Source: Promethearchaeota archaeon (lineage in GTDB: Archaea; Asgardarchaeota; Lokiarchaeia; Sigyniarchaeales; SOKP01). Taken from it: a stretch of DNA of 43,363 nucleotides. The stretch spans positions 1 to 43,363 of the forward strand of contig JBHLNT010000018.1 in NCBI GenBank assembly GCA_048941265.1, read 5' to 3'. The stretch's first letter is position 1; each line of letters begins with the position of its first letter. The position numbers and the translations under genes are program-made. Below, in pieces: positions 27,763 to 37,451 of the stretch. Under the pieces are notes generated by a model. It ran no database searches. It was given only the letters and a program-made list of their open reading frames with translations, and was not told where the DNA came from.

Positions 27763-27987
27763 ATGTCAAGTCGTCAAAGACAATCTAGACGTAAAAAAAG
27801 AAGAAGTGGAAGCTCGCCCATGCCTGCGGGTGGGGCGGGATTAATGAGGTTTTTTGAAGATAGTTCAATTGGTATTAAAATAGGTCCAATAAGCACTATA
27901 TTGATGTCAGCCTTATTAATTGGTGTCGTAATTATGGCACATTTAGGAATTCTTGATTGGCTCTTCACTCCAGGTTCAGCCGGTTAA
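27763..27987 (+). CDS. secG: Protein translocase subunit Sec61beta
   Basis: Basic N-terminus, GAGLMRFFEDSS.GIKIGP, one TM ending in AHL. Confidence 0.93.
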   Translation: MSSRQRQSRRKKRRSGSSPMPAGGAGLMRFFEDSSIGIKIGPISTILMSALLIGVVIMAHLGILDWLFTPGSAG

Positions 27988-28023
27988 CATTTATTTATTA
28001 AATATTGACGTGAAAAATCCTCC

Positions 28024-28317
28024 ATGAAGATTTCTGATTTTCAGAGGTTAATAAAAGAGATTTATTATCATCAAGACTCTAAAAGGGGTATTAAAAACAC
28101 ATTCATATGGTTAATAGAGGAAATTGGAGAATTAGCCAACTTATTGAAAGAACAAAAAATTGACATCGAAAAAGCATCACAAGAGCTCGCAGATGTTATT
28201 GCGTGGACAATTTCTATTGCAAATCTATTAGAAATTGATCTTGAAAAGGCTCTAAAAGAAAAATATCCAAATAAATGTATTAAATGCAATAGAATCCCAT
28301 GTGAATGTAACAGATAA
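28024..28317 (+). CDS. MazG-like nucleotide pyrophosphohydrolase
   Basis: WLIEEIGEL...ELADVIAW..SIAN...IDLE.A...KY plus C-terminal CxxC-x3-PCxC. Confidence 0.9.
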   Translation: MKISDFQRLIKEIYYHQDSKRGIKNTFIWLIEEIGELANLLKEQKIDIEKASQELADVIAWTISIANLLEIDLEKALKEKYPNKCIKCNRIPCECNR

Positions 28318-28488
28318 AAAAGCCGCCCAAAAGATTTTTCTTAAGAAAACTTTCTTAATTTACAATTTTAATAATAAACGATTAAAAACTAAAAGATTCA
28401 ATTCGAAATCTTGTTTTTAAAATAAAATTTAATATTCTAGAACTGATATTTAAATAAATATATACCAAATTTCTTTGTAGAAACAGCT

Positions 28489-29244
28489 TTGGAAATGAAA
28501 AATTTAGATAATATAATGATTAATCCTGATGCTAAGATTGATGATAGTGTTTTTATCGACGATTTTGTCGTAATAGGTAGGGGAGTTACAATTAAGAGCA
28601 ATGTATATCTTTCTAAAGGAGTTAAAATCTATGGTAGAGCAATAATAAACTCCGGGACATATATTGGAGATAATTGCATTATTGGGCACCCTCAAAGAAA
28701 TGATTTGAAAGAGATTATAACTGCTAAAAAAAAAATTTCGGATTTTGAAAATCCACAAATAGAGATCGGAAATAATTGTACTATACGAGCAGGGACAATT
28801 ATTTATTCCGAAGTTTCTATTGAAGATAATTGTCAAACTGGACATAATGTATTAATTCGAGAAAGGAGCACAATAGCAGAGAATACTATAATTGGAACAA
28901 ATAGTATTATTGATGGGAATGTAACTATTGGTAAAAATGTCAGTATTCAAACTGGAGTATATATCCCTCCTTTTTCAAGCATAGGGAATAATGTTTTTAT
29001 GGGACCATTTAGCAAATTAACAAATGATAAATATATGATGCGAAAAAAGTATGATTTGATTGGTCCTACTATTGAAGATAATGTATCTTTAGGTGCCAAC
29101 TCGATAATTTTTCCTGCTATTAAAATAAGATTTGGGACGATTGTGGGAGCAGGAGCAGTTATTACAAAAGATACTAATGAAAAAGATATTATAATAGGAA
29201 ATCCCGGGATCTTCTTAAAAAAAGTTCCTGATGACTGGAAATAA
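28489..29244 (+). CDS. Hexapeptide-repeat (left-handed beta-helix) N-acetyltransferase, nucleotide-sugar type
   Basis: Repeating IGxN/D hexads, TGHNVLIRE, FMGP..KLTNDKY, VGAGAVITKD, GNPG. Confidence 0.85.
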   Translation: MEMKNLDNIMINPDAKIDDSVFIDDFVVIGRGVTIKSNVYLSKGVKIYGRAIINSGTYIGDNCIIGHPQRNDLKEIITAKKKISDFENPQIEIGNNCTIRAGTIIYSEVSIEDNCQTGHNVLIRERSTIAENTIIGTNSIIDGNVTIGKNVSIQTGVYIPPFSSIGNNVFMGPFSKLTNDKYMMRKKYDLIGPTIEDNVSLGANSIIFPAIKIRFGTIVGAGAVITKDTNEKDIIIGNPGIFLKKVPDDWK

Positions 29245-29290
29245 AAAAATCTTAATCTATACAAATTTTTATACAATTTAGGGATTTTTT

Positions 29291-30394
29291 ATGGACCTTT
29301 CAGGTAAAAAAATATGGTTTGATGTAGAAGAACCGAAAACTGCTGTAATGTTTAAATCCTTATTTGAAATGTTTCAAAATTATGAAGTAGAGTTGCTCAT
29401 TACAGCGAGAGATTATGATTCAACCTTTCAAATATTAGATAACTTTAATATTGATTATCATAAAATTGGAAAACACGGAGGAGAGAAATTAGAAGATAAA
29501 CTACAAACCTACATTCAACGCCTAAATGGACTACTACCTCATGTAAAAAATTTTTCACCAGATTATTTTATAACATTTTCTTCCGTTGAAGGGACAAGGA
29601 TAGCTTATGGTTTAAGAATTCCCTCAATTGGTTTTAATGATGAACCACGAAATGAACCTGTGTGTAAATTAATATTTCCCTTTCTTGATAACATTATTAC
29701 ACCTCAATGCATACCTCTGGAATGGTATGTTAATTTATATGCAGATCCAAAAAAAATAATAAGATATAATGGAATTGATGAGGTTGCTTGGCTTTCCTAT
29801 TTTTCTCCCAATCCAGAAATACTTGAGAAATTTGATATAGAAAAGGGCAAATATGTAATAATAAGAAGCGAACCTTCTTTTGCATCATATTTTATTGATA
29901 AGCTTAAACCTGATGAGACAATGATCAATTATATTTTTCCATCTATTTATAAAGAATTTCCAAATTACAAGTTTTTCTTGCTTGTAAGGACGGAAAAGCA
30001 GCAAAATTTTCTCAAAAATAAGATGATGGAATTCTCAAGAAATAAAAATGTTGTGATAACACGCTTTTTACCAAATTTAGTCGATCTTTGCTTTTATAGT
30101 GCTTTAATTATTAGTGGAGGGGGTACAATCGTTCGTGAATCGAGTCTTTTAAATGTACCTAGTATTGAATATTTTCCGGGAGATACAGCACCGCAAGAAC
30201 ATTTTTTGATAGATAATGGTTTTCCCTTGGAACATATTAAAGATATAAATATCATTATTAAAAGATCAATGGAGATTCTGCATCAAGGTCCATTATCTAA
30301 TAGATTTAATTTTGTTTTTAGGGAGAAAATTAAAAAATTCGAAAATCCAAACAAACTCTGTTTTGATCATGTCAAAGAAAAATTGAGTTCCTAA
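29291..30394 (+). CDS. DUF354-family protein (GT-B fold)
   Basis: KIWFD...PK, LITARDY, IGKHGG, SSVE..RIAYGL.IPSI, YNGIDEVAW, GGGTI.RE..LL.VPSI. Confidence 0.85.
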   Translation: MDLSGKKIWFDVEEPKTAVMFKSLFEMFQNYEVELLITARDYDSTFQILDNFNIDYHKIGKHGGEKLEDKLQTYIQRLNGLLPHVKNFSPDYFITFSSVEGTRIAYGLRIPSIGFNDEPRNEPVCKLIFPFLDNIITPQCIPLEWYVNLYADPKKIIRYNGIDEVAWLSYFSPNPEILEKFDIEKGKYVIIRSEPSFASYFIDKLKPDETMINYIFPSIYKEFPNYKFFLLVRTEKQQNFLKNKMMEFSRNKNVVITRFLPNLVDLCFYSALIISGGGTIVRESSLLNVPSIEYFPGDTAPQEHFLIDNGFPLEHIKDINIIIKRSMEILHQGPLSNRFNFVFREKIKKFENPNKLCFDHVKEKLSS

Positions 30395-30404
30395 GATCGT
30401 TAAT

Positions 30405-31526
30405 TTATTTTTTATAATTTAAAAGCATTTCATAAATTTGTTCTAATTTCTTGCCAACTGAATCCCACGAATATCTTTTAATAAATTGTTGTGCTTTCTT
30501 TATCATCATAGATCTCTTTTCCTCATCATTAATTAAATTGATAATTTCCTTTGCTAAGAGAGAAGGACTCCTTGGGGGAACAAATAAAGCATTATCTTGT
30601 AAGATTTCCTTAAAAGCTGGAAGTGATGAACAAATTACTGGCGTTCCACACGCTATAGCCTCAAATGGAGTTAATCCGAAGCCTTCTGCTGCGTAAGAAT
30701 ATGTGATAAAAACATCTGCCATAGAATAATAGATAGCAATCTCTTCCTCAGGTATAAATCCTAGAAAATAGATATCTTTAAATTTTCTTTTCCATTCTTG
30801 AAAAATTTTTTCCATATAAAAGTCTGGTTTCCCTCCTAATAATAAAGTTAAATTAGGAATTTTCTGTTTTGCATGTTTGTAGGCAGAAATTATATCATTG
30901 ACCCCTTTATATAAAGCTATTCGTCCTATATATAAAATCACTGGTCCATCAATCTTCAGTTTCTCTTTAAGTTCTTGAGCTTCCTTTGGATATGGCCTAA
31001 ATTTATCTTCGATGGCAGAATAAAGATTATAAATTTGATGCATATCTAATTCTTTTATGTGATCTTTGAGTTCTTTCCTAATAGAATTAGAACATGTTGT
31101 TATAAATGTGGCTTTTTTAGCAACTTGCTTAAACAAATATTTCTCTATAGGAATGATGGAAAACTTAGTCTCAAATGGTCCTAAGTCATGAAGTGTAGAG
31201 ATAAATTTCCTCTTTTTACTTAATAAAGTAAGTGGTAAGGACCCTTTTGGACCATTTCCATGGATAATATCAAAATGTTGACCTTTTATATATTTTAAAA
31301 CATTAAAAACAAACTGAGGGATCCAAAGAAAACTTTTTTTAATTACTTTTATTTGTATTATATTCGGATTAATTAGTTTTTTATTCCATTTGGCTGTAAT
31401 TAGTTTTACATTTATGTGATTTTGCTTGTTTAAATAATCGAACACTCCTCTAATAAATTTGGCACTTCCATCTTGACTATCTGGAGCCACAGTCAGTGAA
31501 ATGAGACATATTTTTAGTTTTTTCAT
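30405..31526 (-). CDS. Glycosyltransferase family 4
   Basis: TLHDL, ILYIGRIALYKG, AEGFGLTPFEAIACGTPVI, YSWD. Confidence 0.92.
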   Translation of the reverse strand: MKKLKICLISLTVAPDSQDGSAKFIRGVFDYLNKQNHINVKLITAKWNKKLINPNIIQIKVIKKSFLWIPQFVFNVLKYIKGQHFDIIHGNGPKGSLPLTLLSKKRKFISTLHDLGPFETKFSIIPIEKYLFKQVAKKATFITTCSNSIRKELKDHIKELDMHQIYNLYSAIEDKFRPYPKEAQELKEKLKIDGPVILYIGRIALYKGVNDIISAYKHAKQKIPNLTLLLGGKPDFYMEKIFQEWKRKFKDIYFLGFIPEEEIAIYYSMADVFITYSYAAEGFGLTPFEAIACGTPVICSSLPAFKEILQDNALFVPPRSPSLLAKEIINLINDEEKRSMMIKKAQQFIKRYSWDSVGKKLEQIYEMLLNYKK

Positions 31527-31566
31527 AGTAGAAACAATAAAAAAGTTTAAAGTTTAAAATAAACAT

Positions 31567-32541
31567 TCAAGTCAATTGTTCAAATCCATCCTCAGTAATA
31601 AGTATGGTTTCTTCTGACTGAGCTACAAATACTCCTTTATTTTCTGCCAAAACATAATGTGCTTTTAATTTATTTTGTTGAACTAATTCTTGGAGTCCAA
31701 AGGCCACACCCATTCTAAATTCTTTTGCTAACCATCTTTCGGCGAATGGTAATGTTTTATAATTTTTATTAATATGCCCTAATATTTGTTTAGAGGTCTT
31801 TCTTCTTAAAGGTACTCGACCGGAGTAAGGATTTAATTCATAAATATATGAGTTATTTGTCAAATGAACAGATCCCTCTCCGGTAGATGCAAAAATTTCG
31901 ACAGCAAATACATCACCTTCTTCCATTTTATCACCTTTCTGATTTCCTAATTCCGGTAACGCTTTTTTTCCATGAACAATCCATCTTTCAGTTTGATGAC
32001 CACCAAGTTCCTTAATAGGATTAAATTTGAAACCCTTAATTATGCTTTCAATTTTTTTGCCTATTTCTCTAGTATTCACATTAGGTTTAGCCATCATTTT
32101 GGCAGCATCTACGGCTACTTCGGTAGCTTGAATTATGTTCTCTAATGATTTGTCTAGATTAAAATTAACTGAAAATGCTGTATCTACAATATATCCATCA
32201 ATATGCACTCCTAGATCGATTTTAACCAAATCATTTTCTTCTATAGTTAAACCATCGTCTCGGAGGGGTGAGGTATAATGAGCAGCGATATGGTTAAGTG
32301 ATAAGTTTACAGGAAAAGCCATTGCTCCTCCTAACTCCACTATTTTAGATTCTGTAGTTTCAATTAATTCTAATACATTTTTACCAACTTCGATTTTCGG
32401 TTTTATATATTTTTTAACTTCTTTTGCAATATTTCCCGCTTTTTTGAGAGATTCAACTTTATATTGCTTGTCTTCTTGCTCTTTTTCTAACTCATCCTTC
32501 TTTTTTTGCTTACTACTTGTACTTTTTTGATCCTCGGTCAT
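31567..32541 (-). CDS. map: Methionine aminopeptidase type II
   Basis: AFPVNLSLNHIAAHYT, KIDLGVHIDGYIVDTA, LGGH, AVEIF, LPFAERWL insertion, AQSEET. Confidence 0.95.
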   Translation of the reverse strand: MTEDQKSTSSKQKKKDELEKEQEDKQYKVESLKKAGNIAKEVKKYIKPKIEVGKNVLELIETTESKIVELGGAMAFPVNLSLNHIAAHYTSPLRDDGLTIEENDLVKIDLGVHIDGYIVDTAFSVNFNLDKSLENIIQATEVAVDAAKMMAKPNVNTREIGKKIESIIKGFKFNPIKELGGHQTERWIVHGKKALPELGNQKGDKMEEGDVFAVEIFASTGEGSVHLTNNSYIYELNPYSGRVPLRRKTSKQILGHINKNYKTLPFAERWLAKEFRMGVAFGLQELVQQNKLKAHYVLAENKGVFVAQSEETILITEDGFEQLT

Positions 32542-32689
32542 TAAAATATGTAATATGATTATTGATAAAAATATTTTTTTAGAAAATTAAAATAAAATTA
32601 AATAGAAATAAAAACATATTAAAAAAATATATTATATTAGATCAATATATTATAAAATTAAGATACTATTTTTTCAAGTTGAACTATCT

Positions 32690-33061
32690 GTGAGTGAAAA
32701 TATCAGCGAACTCATCGAACTTCTAAGACAAATGGAGGCTATAAACTCGGAAATACAAGGTTCCGCTATAGTCTCGATACAAGGCTTACCCATCTGTTCA
32801 GTCCTCGCTCGTGATGTAAATGACGGGATTGTATCAGCAATGTCAGCTGCAATTCTATCTGTTTCAGAAAGGGCTGTTGATGAGCTCGCACGAGGAGAGC
32901 TTAAAAGAATTCTTATAGAAGGCAAAGATGGTATAATTATATTATCGAGAGCGGGCTCAAATGCGATATTATGCACTCTTGCGCGTTCAAATGCATCTTT
33001 AGGTATGGTTTTCTTGAATATCGAAAGTGTAAGTAGAAAAATCGCAGATTTATTAGATTAG
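32690..33061 (+). CDS. Roadblock/LAMTOR2-domain protein
   Basis: IQGSAIVSIQGLPI, VSAMSAAILSVSERAVDELARGELKRILIEG..G, LGMVFL; GTG start. Confidence 0.92.
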   Translation: MSENISELIELLRQMEAINSEIQGSAIVSIQGLPICSVLARDVNDGIVSAMSAAILSVSERAVDELARGELKRILIEGKDGIIILSRAGSNAILCTLARSNASLGMVFLNIESVSRKIADLLD

Positions 33062-33166
33062 AATTTATAAAAGTATGATTTTACATAATTATTGGCACTT
33101 GATTTTTTAGAAACTAATTTATTCTCATAAAATTTATTTTTTAAACCTAAATTTTGCGGTAATTAT

Positions 33167-33610
33167 ATGGAAGAACCTCTAATCATTCGACAACCTCTCT
33201 CTAAAGAAGATTTTGAACTAATGTATGACTTAAGATGGAGGGTGTTGAGGGAGCCATGGAATCAACCTAAGGGATCCGAAAAGGACGATATCGAAACTGA
33301 ATCTTATCCATTTATGGTTACATTAAATGAGCAAATAGTGGCTACAGCTCGTTTTCATAAAGCCAATGAAAAAGAAGGACAAATAGAATATTTAGCAGTC
33401 GAGAAAGATTATAGAAATAAGAGAATTGCGAGTAAATTAATGCGATATATAGAAGGATTTTCTATTAGTCTTGGATTGGAGTCCATTATAATATTTGCCT
33501 GGAAAATCGCTCAGGATTTTTTTGTAAAACTTGATTATAAAATAGTTCGAGAAGATCTCATTCTATTTAACGAAATTGAATGTCTAATTATGAGGAAAAT
33601 GTTAGTTTAA
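33167..33610 (+). CDS. GNAT-family N-acetyltransferase
   Basis: LRWRVLREP, ATAR, LAVEKDYRNKRIASKLM (motif A), FFVKLDY. Confidence 0.88.
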   Translation: MEEPLIIRQPLSKEDFELMYDLRWRVLREPWNQPKGSEKDDIETESYPFMVTLNEQIVATARFHKANEKEGQIEYLAVEKDYRNKRIASKLMRYIEGFSISLGLESIIIFAWKIAQDFFVKLDYKIVREDLILFNEIECLIMRKMLV

Positions 33611-33655
33611 ATTAATTCCTAAAGAAAACTTTACTTAATTGCAGTGATTATGATT

Positions 33656-34105
33656 TTAATAAATATCAGATCTTCTCTTACCTTCTTTTTTTTCTAAAAA
33701 ATCAAGTATTGATTGCCTTATATTAGGGTGAGGAGATATTGTAGTAATTTTTCTTACAAATTTTCTTGCGTCTTCCCAGGTCCAATCCGGATTTTCCATA
33801 AGTAATCGTGCAACGGCGATTCCCCCACTTCTTGAAATTCCTGACGCGCAGTGAACTAAAACTTTCCCCTCTATCACATTTTTTTCGATAAAACTTAGAA
33901 TTTCTTTTAGAACTTCATGGTTAATATACATTCTATCCTTAATACTCTTAAATAAATAATTAAATTCCGGAGGGGGATTATATTTTTCTTTTTCCATTAG
34001 ATTGACAATTGCTGTAATACCCTCCTTTCTAAGTTTTTTAAGCTTTTTAGCTGCTCTATAAGAACCAATATATAAGTTATCAGTTATTTTATAGATTTTT
34101 CCCAT
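33656..34105 (-). CDS. Dual-specificity protein phosphatase
   Basis: ITDNLYIGS, GITAIVNL, VLVHCASGISRS (HCx5R). Confidence 0.92.
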   Translation of the reverse strand: MGKIYKITDNLYIGSYRAAKKLKKLRKEGITAIVNLMEKEKYNPPPEFNYLFKSIKDRMYINHEVLKEILSFIEKNVIEGKVLVHCASGISRSGGIAVARLLMENPDWTWEDARKFVRKITTISPHPNIRQSILDFLEKKEGKRRSDIY

Positions 34106-34231
34106 AATTTCTTATTTGGTGTTATTTAAAATTGATTTAATATCCCAAGAATAATTAAAATTAATTTCTTTCTTTTAATATTTTAATAAGAGATGATCTT
34201 AAGTTAAAAATTTCTTTTATATTAAATAACA

Positions 34232-35125
34232 ATGAATACGTTGATCGTAGATATTAAGAGAAATTCGTTAGATGATGGACCAGGTATTCGTACAGTTATT
34301 TTTTTTAAAGGATGTCCATTATCCTGTGTATGGTGCCAAAATCCAGAAACAAAATCCTCAACTCAAGAAATTTCGTTTAACAAAGAAGATTGCTTAAACT
34401 GTAAAAAATGCTTAGAGGTCTGTGATAAAGGAGCTCTTGATTTCTCATATGAATATAGAATATACCGTGATAATTGCACTTTATGTGGTAAATGTATTGA
34501 AGTTTGTCCAAATAAGGCCTTAAAATTTGTTGGAAAAGAATATAACATAAAAACACTATCCAAATTGGTATTAAAAGATAAGGTTTTTTATGATAATTCT
34601 GGTGGGGGTATAACTCTCTCAGGAGGGGAACCTACACTTCATATGGATTATGTACATCAATTATTAAAAGAAATCAAGAAATATAAAATTCATATTTGCC
34701 TTGAAACTTGCGGGTATTATAAACGAGAAAAATTTGATAAGCTAATATTGCCTTATTTAGATTTAATTTATTTTGATTTAAAAGTTTTTGATTCAACTTT
34801 ACATAAAAAATATTGTGGACTATCAAATGAAATTATTTTACAAAATTTCGAAGAACTGATTAAAAATAAGAAAGTAGAAATATTACCTCGAATTCCACTC
34901 ATCCCAAAAATAACAGCTACAAATAAGAATTTAGCGAATTTAAAAAAGTATTTACAGACCCTTAAAATTAAGAAGATTGGTCTTTTACCGTACAATCCTC
35001 TCTGGCTTTCTAAAACAAAAACAATAGGAGTAAAAGCGGGATATAATCGCTCGAGTTGGTTAGACAAAGAGGAGAAAAAAGTAATTAAAGATATATTTTC
35101 TGATTTTCAATTTAGGGATTTTTAA
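34232..35125 (+). CDS. Glycyl-radical enzyme activating enzyme (radical SAM with ferredoxin insert)
   Basis: DGPGIRTVIFFKGCPLSCVWCQNPE, two CxxCxxCxxxC motifs, GGITLSGGEP, ETCG, RIPLIP, LLPYN. Confidence 0.93.
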   Translation: MNTLIVDIKRNSLDDGPGIRTVIFFKGCPLSCVWCQNPETKSSTQEISFNKEDCLNCKKCLEVCDKGALDFSYEYRIYRDNCTLCGKCIEVCPNKALKFVGKEYNIKTLSKLVLKDKVFYDNSGGGITLSGGEPTLHMDYVHQLLKEIKKYKIHICLETCGYYKREKFDKLILPYLDLIYFDLKVFDSTLHKKYCGLSNEIILQNFEELIKNKKVEILPRIPLIPKITATNKNLANLKKYLQTLKIKKIGLLPYNPLWLSKTKTIGVKAGYNRSSWLDKEEKKVIKDIFSDFQFRDF

Positions 35126-35137
35126 AATCCATTTCAA

Positions 35138-35959
35138 TTAAATAGGGATTTTTCTTCTTCTTATCCATATTATAATTTCTATAAGCATCACAAAAAATGT
35201 CCATACATTCATAATCATTAATGCCATTGCATTTACTAGACTAGAACCTACTTGAATTTGATCAGAAGTTAGAAAAATTGCACAAAAACCCATTAATCCA
35301 AAAGAAATTATTCCCAAAATATCGAAAATTTTAACATTTTGAAAATTTTGATGTTCTTGTTGATTAGAAGTGTAAATTTTGAATTCTTCTGAGTTCCGTT
35401 TTTTGAGGGACCTTAAAAGGAATAAGCCGTATATGATAGCAATTAAAATGGTCGTAATATATCCTAATGGCGTTCCGATACCGGTAGCAGGGCTAATAAT
35501 AATTAAGAAATTTGCTAAAGAATGTAATGCAATGATTATTATCCATTTTCCCATCGATAGTTGTTTATGATCCCAGTTTCGTGAAAATAGCCTATGAGAT
35601 AAATAAAGAGGAAATAATATTTGATAAAAAGCCCACCACACAATACTAACAAACAGTAAAATCCCTATATTAACTCCAAAGAACCAAGGATTAATCATAT
35701 AAATTGAACTGGAAACAAGGAAATAAAGAGTACCATAGCAACAGGCAAATAATATAATATGCTTATCTTCAAACTTAAACCTCGTAATTAAGTCTTCAAG
35801 CATTATAAATAATGTTAAATAAATAACTATAAGAACACAAAATAAAAGAGGTCTTGACAAAAATTCATTTATTCCTCGTAGGGAACTTTCGAAAAATAGA
35901 TTAAAAATTGTACAAAATAAGATAGTTTTAATTTGAGGTTTAATATTCAATCGCCTCAT
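35138..35959 (-). CDS. Hypothetical multi-pass membrane protein
   Basis: 273-aa ORF with about 8 hydrophobic segments; no motif recognised. Confidence 0.75.
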   Translation of the reverse strand: MRRLNIKPQIKTILFCTIFNLFFESSLRGINEFLSRPLLFCVLIVIYLTLFIMLEDLITRFKFEDKHIILFACCYGTLYFLVSSSIYMINPWFFGVNIGILLFVSIVWWAFYQILFPLYLSHRLFSRNWDHKQLSMGKWIIIIALHSLANFLIIISPATGIGTPLGYITTILIAIIYGLFLLRSLKKRNSEEFKIYTSNQQEHQNFQNVKIFDILGIISFGLMGFCAIFLTSDQIQVGSSLVNAMALMIMNVWTFFVMLIEIIIWIRRRKIPI

Positions 35960-35984
35960 ATATTAAACTATTATTATTCAACAT

Positions 35985-37451
35985 TTATTTTCTAATTTCT
36001 TGTATTTGGTCGAAAATATGATCCATTCTTTCTCTAACACTGCCATAAAGCCCCTCCTCCTCACTCACTACGGACTTGACAGCAGATTTTATACCATAGT
36101 GGCTTTCAGAAATTAAGACTCTAATAGGGAGTGTAAGAATTTCATTTAAGAGCATTATCAGTTCTTGGATGATTTGAATAACTCTTGGGAATTTCTCTTG
36201 AGTTCGTTCTATCATCGATTGCTCTGAGGGGACTAATTCGTCTTCTCTTTCTCTCTTTAATTCTTCCCAAACATTTTCTCCTAATTCCGAAAAATTGATC
36301 CCCAAGTTTTCGAAAGCAATTTGAGCTCCCTCAAAGATATATGTAATCGTATCTTTTCCGGAAAATTTCCTTACATTCTCAACCATTTCGGGTGGGGCAA
36401 GCCCGTCTAGAAAACTTACGAGTAATTGATTATAATCTCCAACAACATCCAATGGTATGAATAATAACACCATTTCTTTAAAGTGTTTGAATGCATAACC
36501 TGCAACTTTTGCCATCGTCTCACTCTTTAAAGGTTTTTCAATTAACCCCCCATATTCATTCATAAGATGGACGAGAATAAAACCTATGATTCTCATCATA
36601 TCGTCTTCATAATTACGGAAGTAATCAAAAAATTTATCAGGTTCTAGGTTCATTTTATCTCTAATAAGATCTGCAACTTTTTGTTTGATGCTTTCGAGGG
36701 GCTCATCAAGTAGTTCGTCTAACTTATCTAAGGTAATAACTTCTTGTAATTTGTCTATGAAATCCAATTTTGCCTCCTGTTCAACTTCAGTTTCCACACC
36801 CTCTTCAAAATAAAAATCAGAAGATTTTCGTTCCTCTGCTTTAGAGTCAATAAAGTCTTTCCATTCTAAATGGTCGTATACCTTGCAATAGAGCTGTAAG
36901 CAGTCATCACCTTTAATAATGCATTTACTTTCGGTTATGCCGATTCTGTAATCACTTTTTTTTATTTTTAATATAAAATTTGCCACAGATTCGAGCATAC
37001 CAGCCAGCCCAGCCGAACAACCTTCGGATTCTTTGCTCAATTTGCTAAAATCGAATGTATCTTCGGGATCCTCACCGTATCCTGCACACATCGGATCCAT
37101 TTTTATGTTTAAAATGTAATCATTATATTTTGCTCCTTCCTTTGGGATTTCTTCATACGACAGCTCACCCATTTCCATTCCTAGTGCTACCGAAAATAAA
37201 ATCTCGAAATAGTCTAAAACCTTGTTAGGAGTACCTGGCATTAATTTAAAAATACCTGAATGCCGCTCGCAAGATTCATATGCTGCTTTTTTACCGATTT
37301 CTCTTAAAATCTTAATGCTCTGCTCTTCATCGTTAGTGATATCGTTAATTTCATTCAAGATCTCTCTATAAAGTGAAGTATAAAATAACGCATTTGTAGA
37401 ATGCCCGAACACTTTTGTAATTTTTTTCATTAACCATTTAAACGTTCCCAT
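35985..37451 (-). CDS. V4R/TRAPP-fold domain protein with acidic helical C-terminal region
   Basis: ILREIGKKAA, DPMC, CSAGLAGMLE, ITESKCIIKGDDC (V4R-type ExxC...GxxxC); ~290-aa helical tail. Confidence 0.65.
   Translation of the reverse strand: MGTFKWLMKKITKVFGHSTNALFYTSLYREILNEINDITNDEEQSIKILREIGKKAAYESCERHSGIFKLMPGTPNKVLDYFEILFSVALGMEMGELSYEEIPKEGAKYNDYILNIKMDPMCAGYGEDPEDTFDFSKLSKESEGCSAGLAGMLESVANFILKIKKSDYRIGITESKCIIKGDDCLQLYCKVYDHLEWKDFIDSKAEERKSSDFYFEEGVETEVEQEAKLDFIDKLQEVITLDKLDELLDEPLESIKQKVADLIRDKMNLEPDKFFDYFRNYEDDMMRIIGFILVHLMNEYGGLIEKPLKSETMAKVAGYAFKHFKEMVLLFIPLDVVGDYNQLLVSFLDGLAPPEMVENVRKFSGKDTITYIFEGAQIAFENLGINFSELGENVWEELKREREDELVPSEQSMIERTQEKFPRVIQIIQELIMLLNEILTLPIRVLISESHYGIKSAVKSVVSEEEGLYGSVRERMDHIFDQIQEIRK

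Noticed and set aside
28024-28317. MazG-like gene as an anti-phage defence component
   Set aside because: Short archaeal housekeeping type directly downstream of Sec61beta, with no defence genes nearby.
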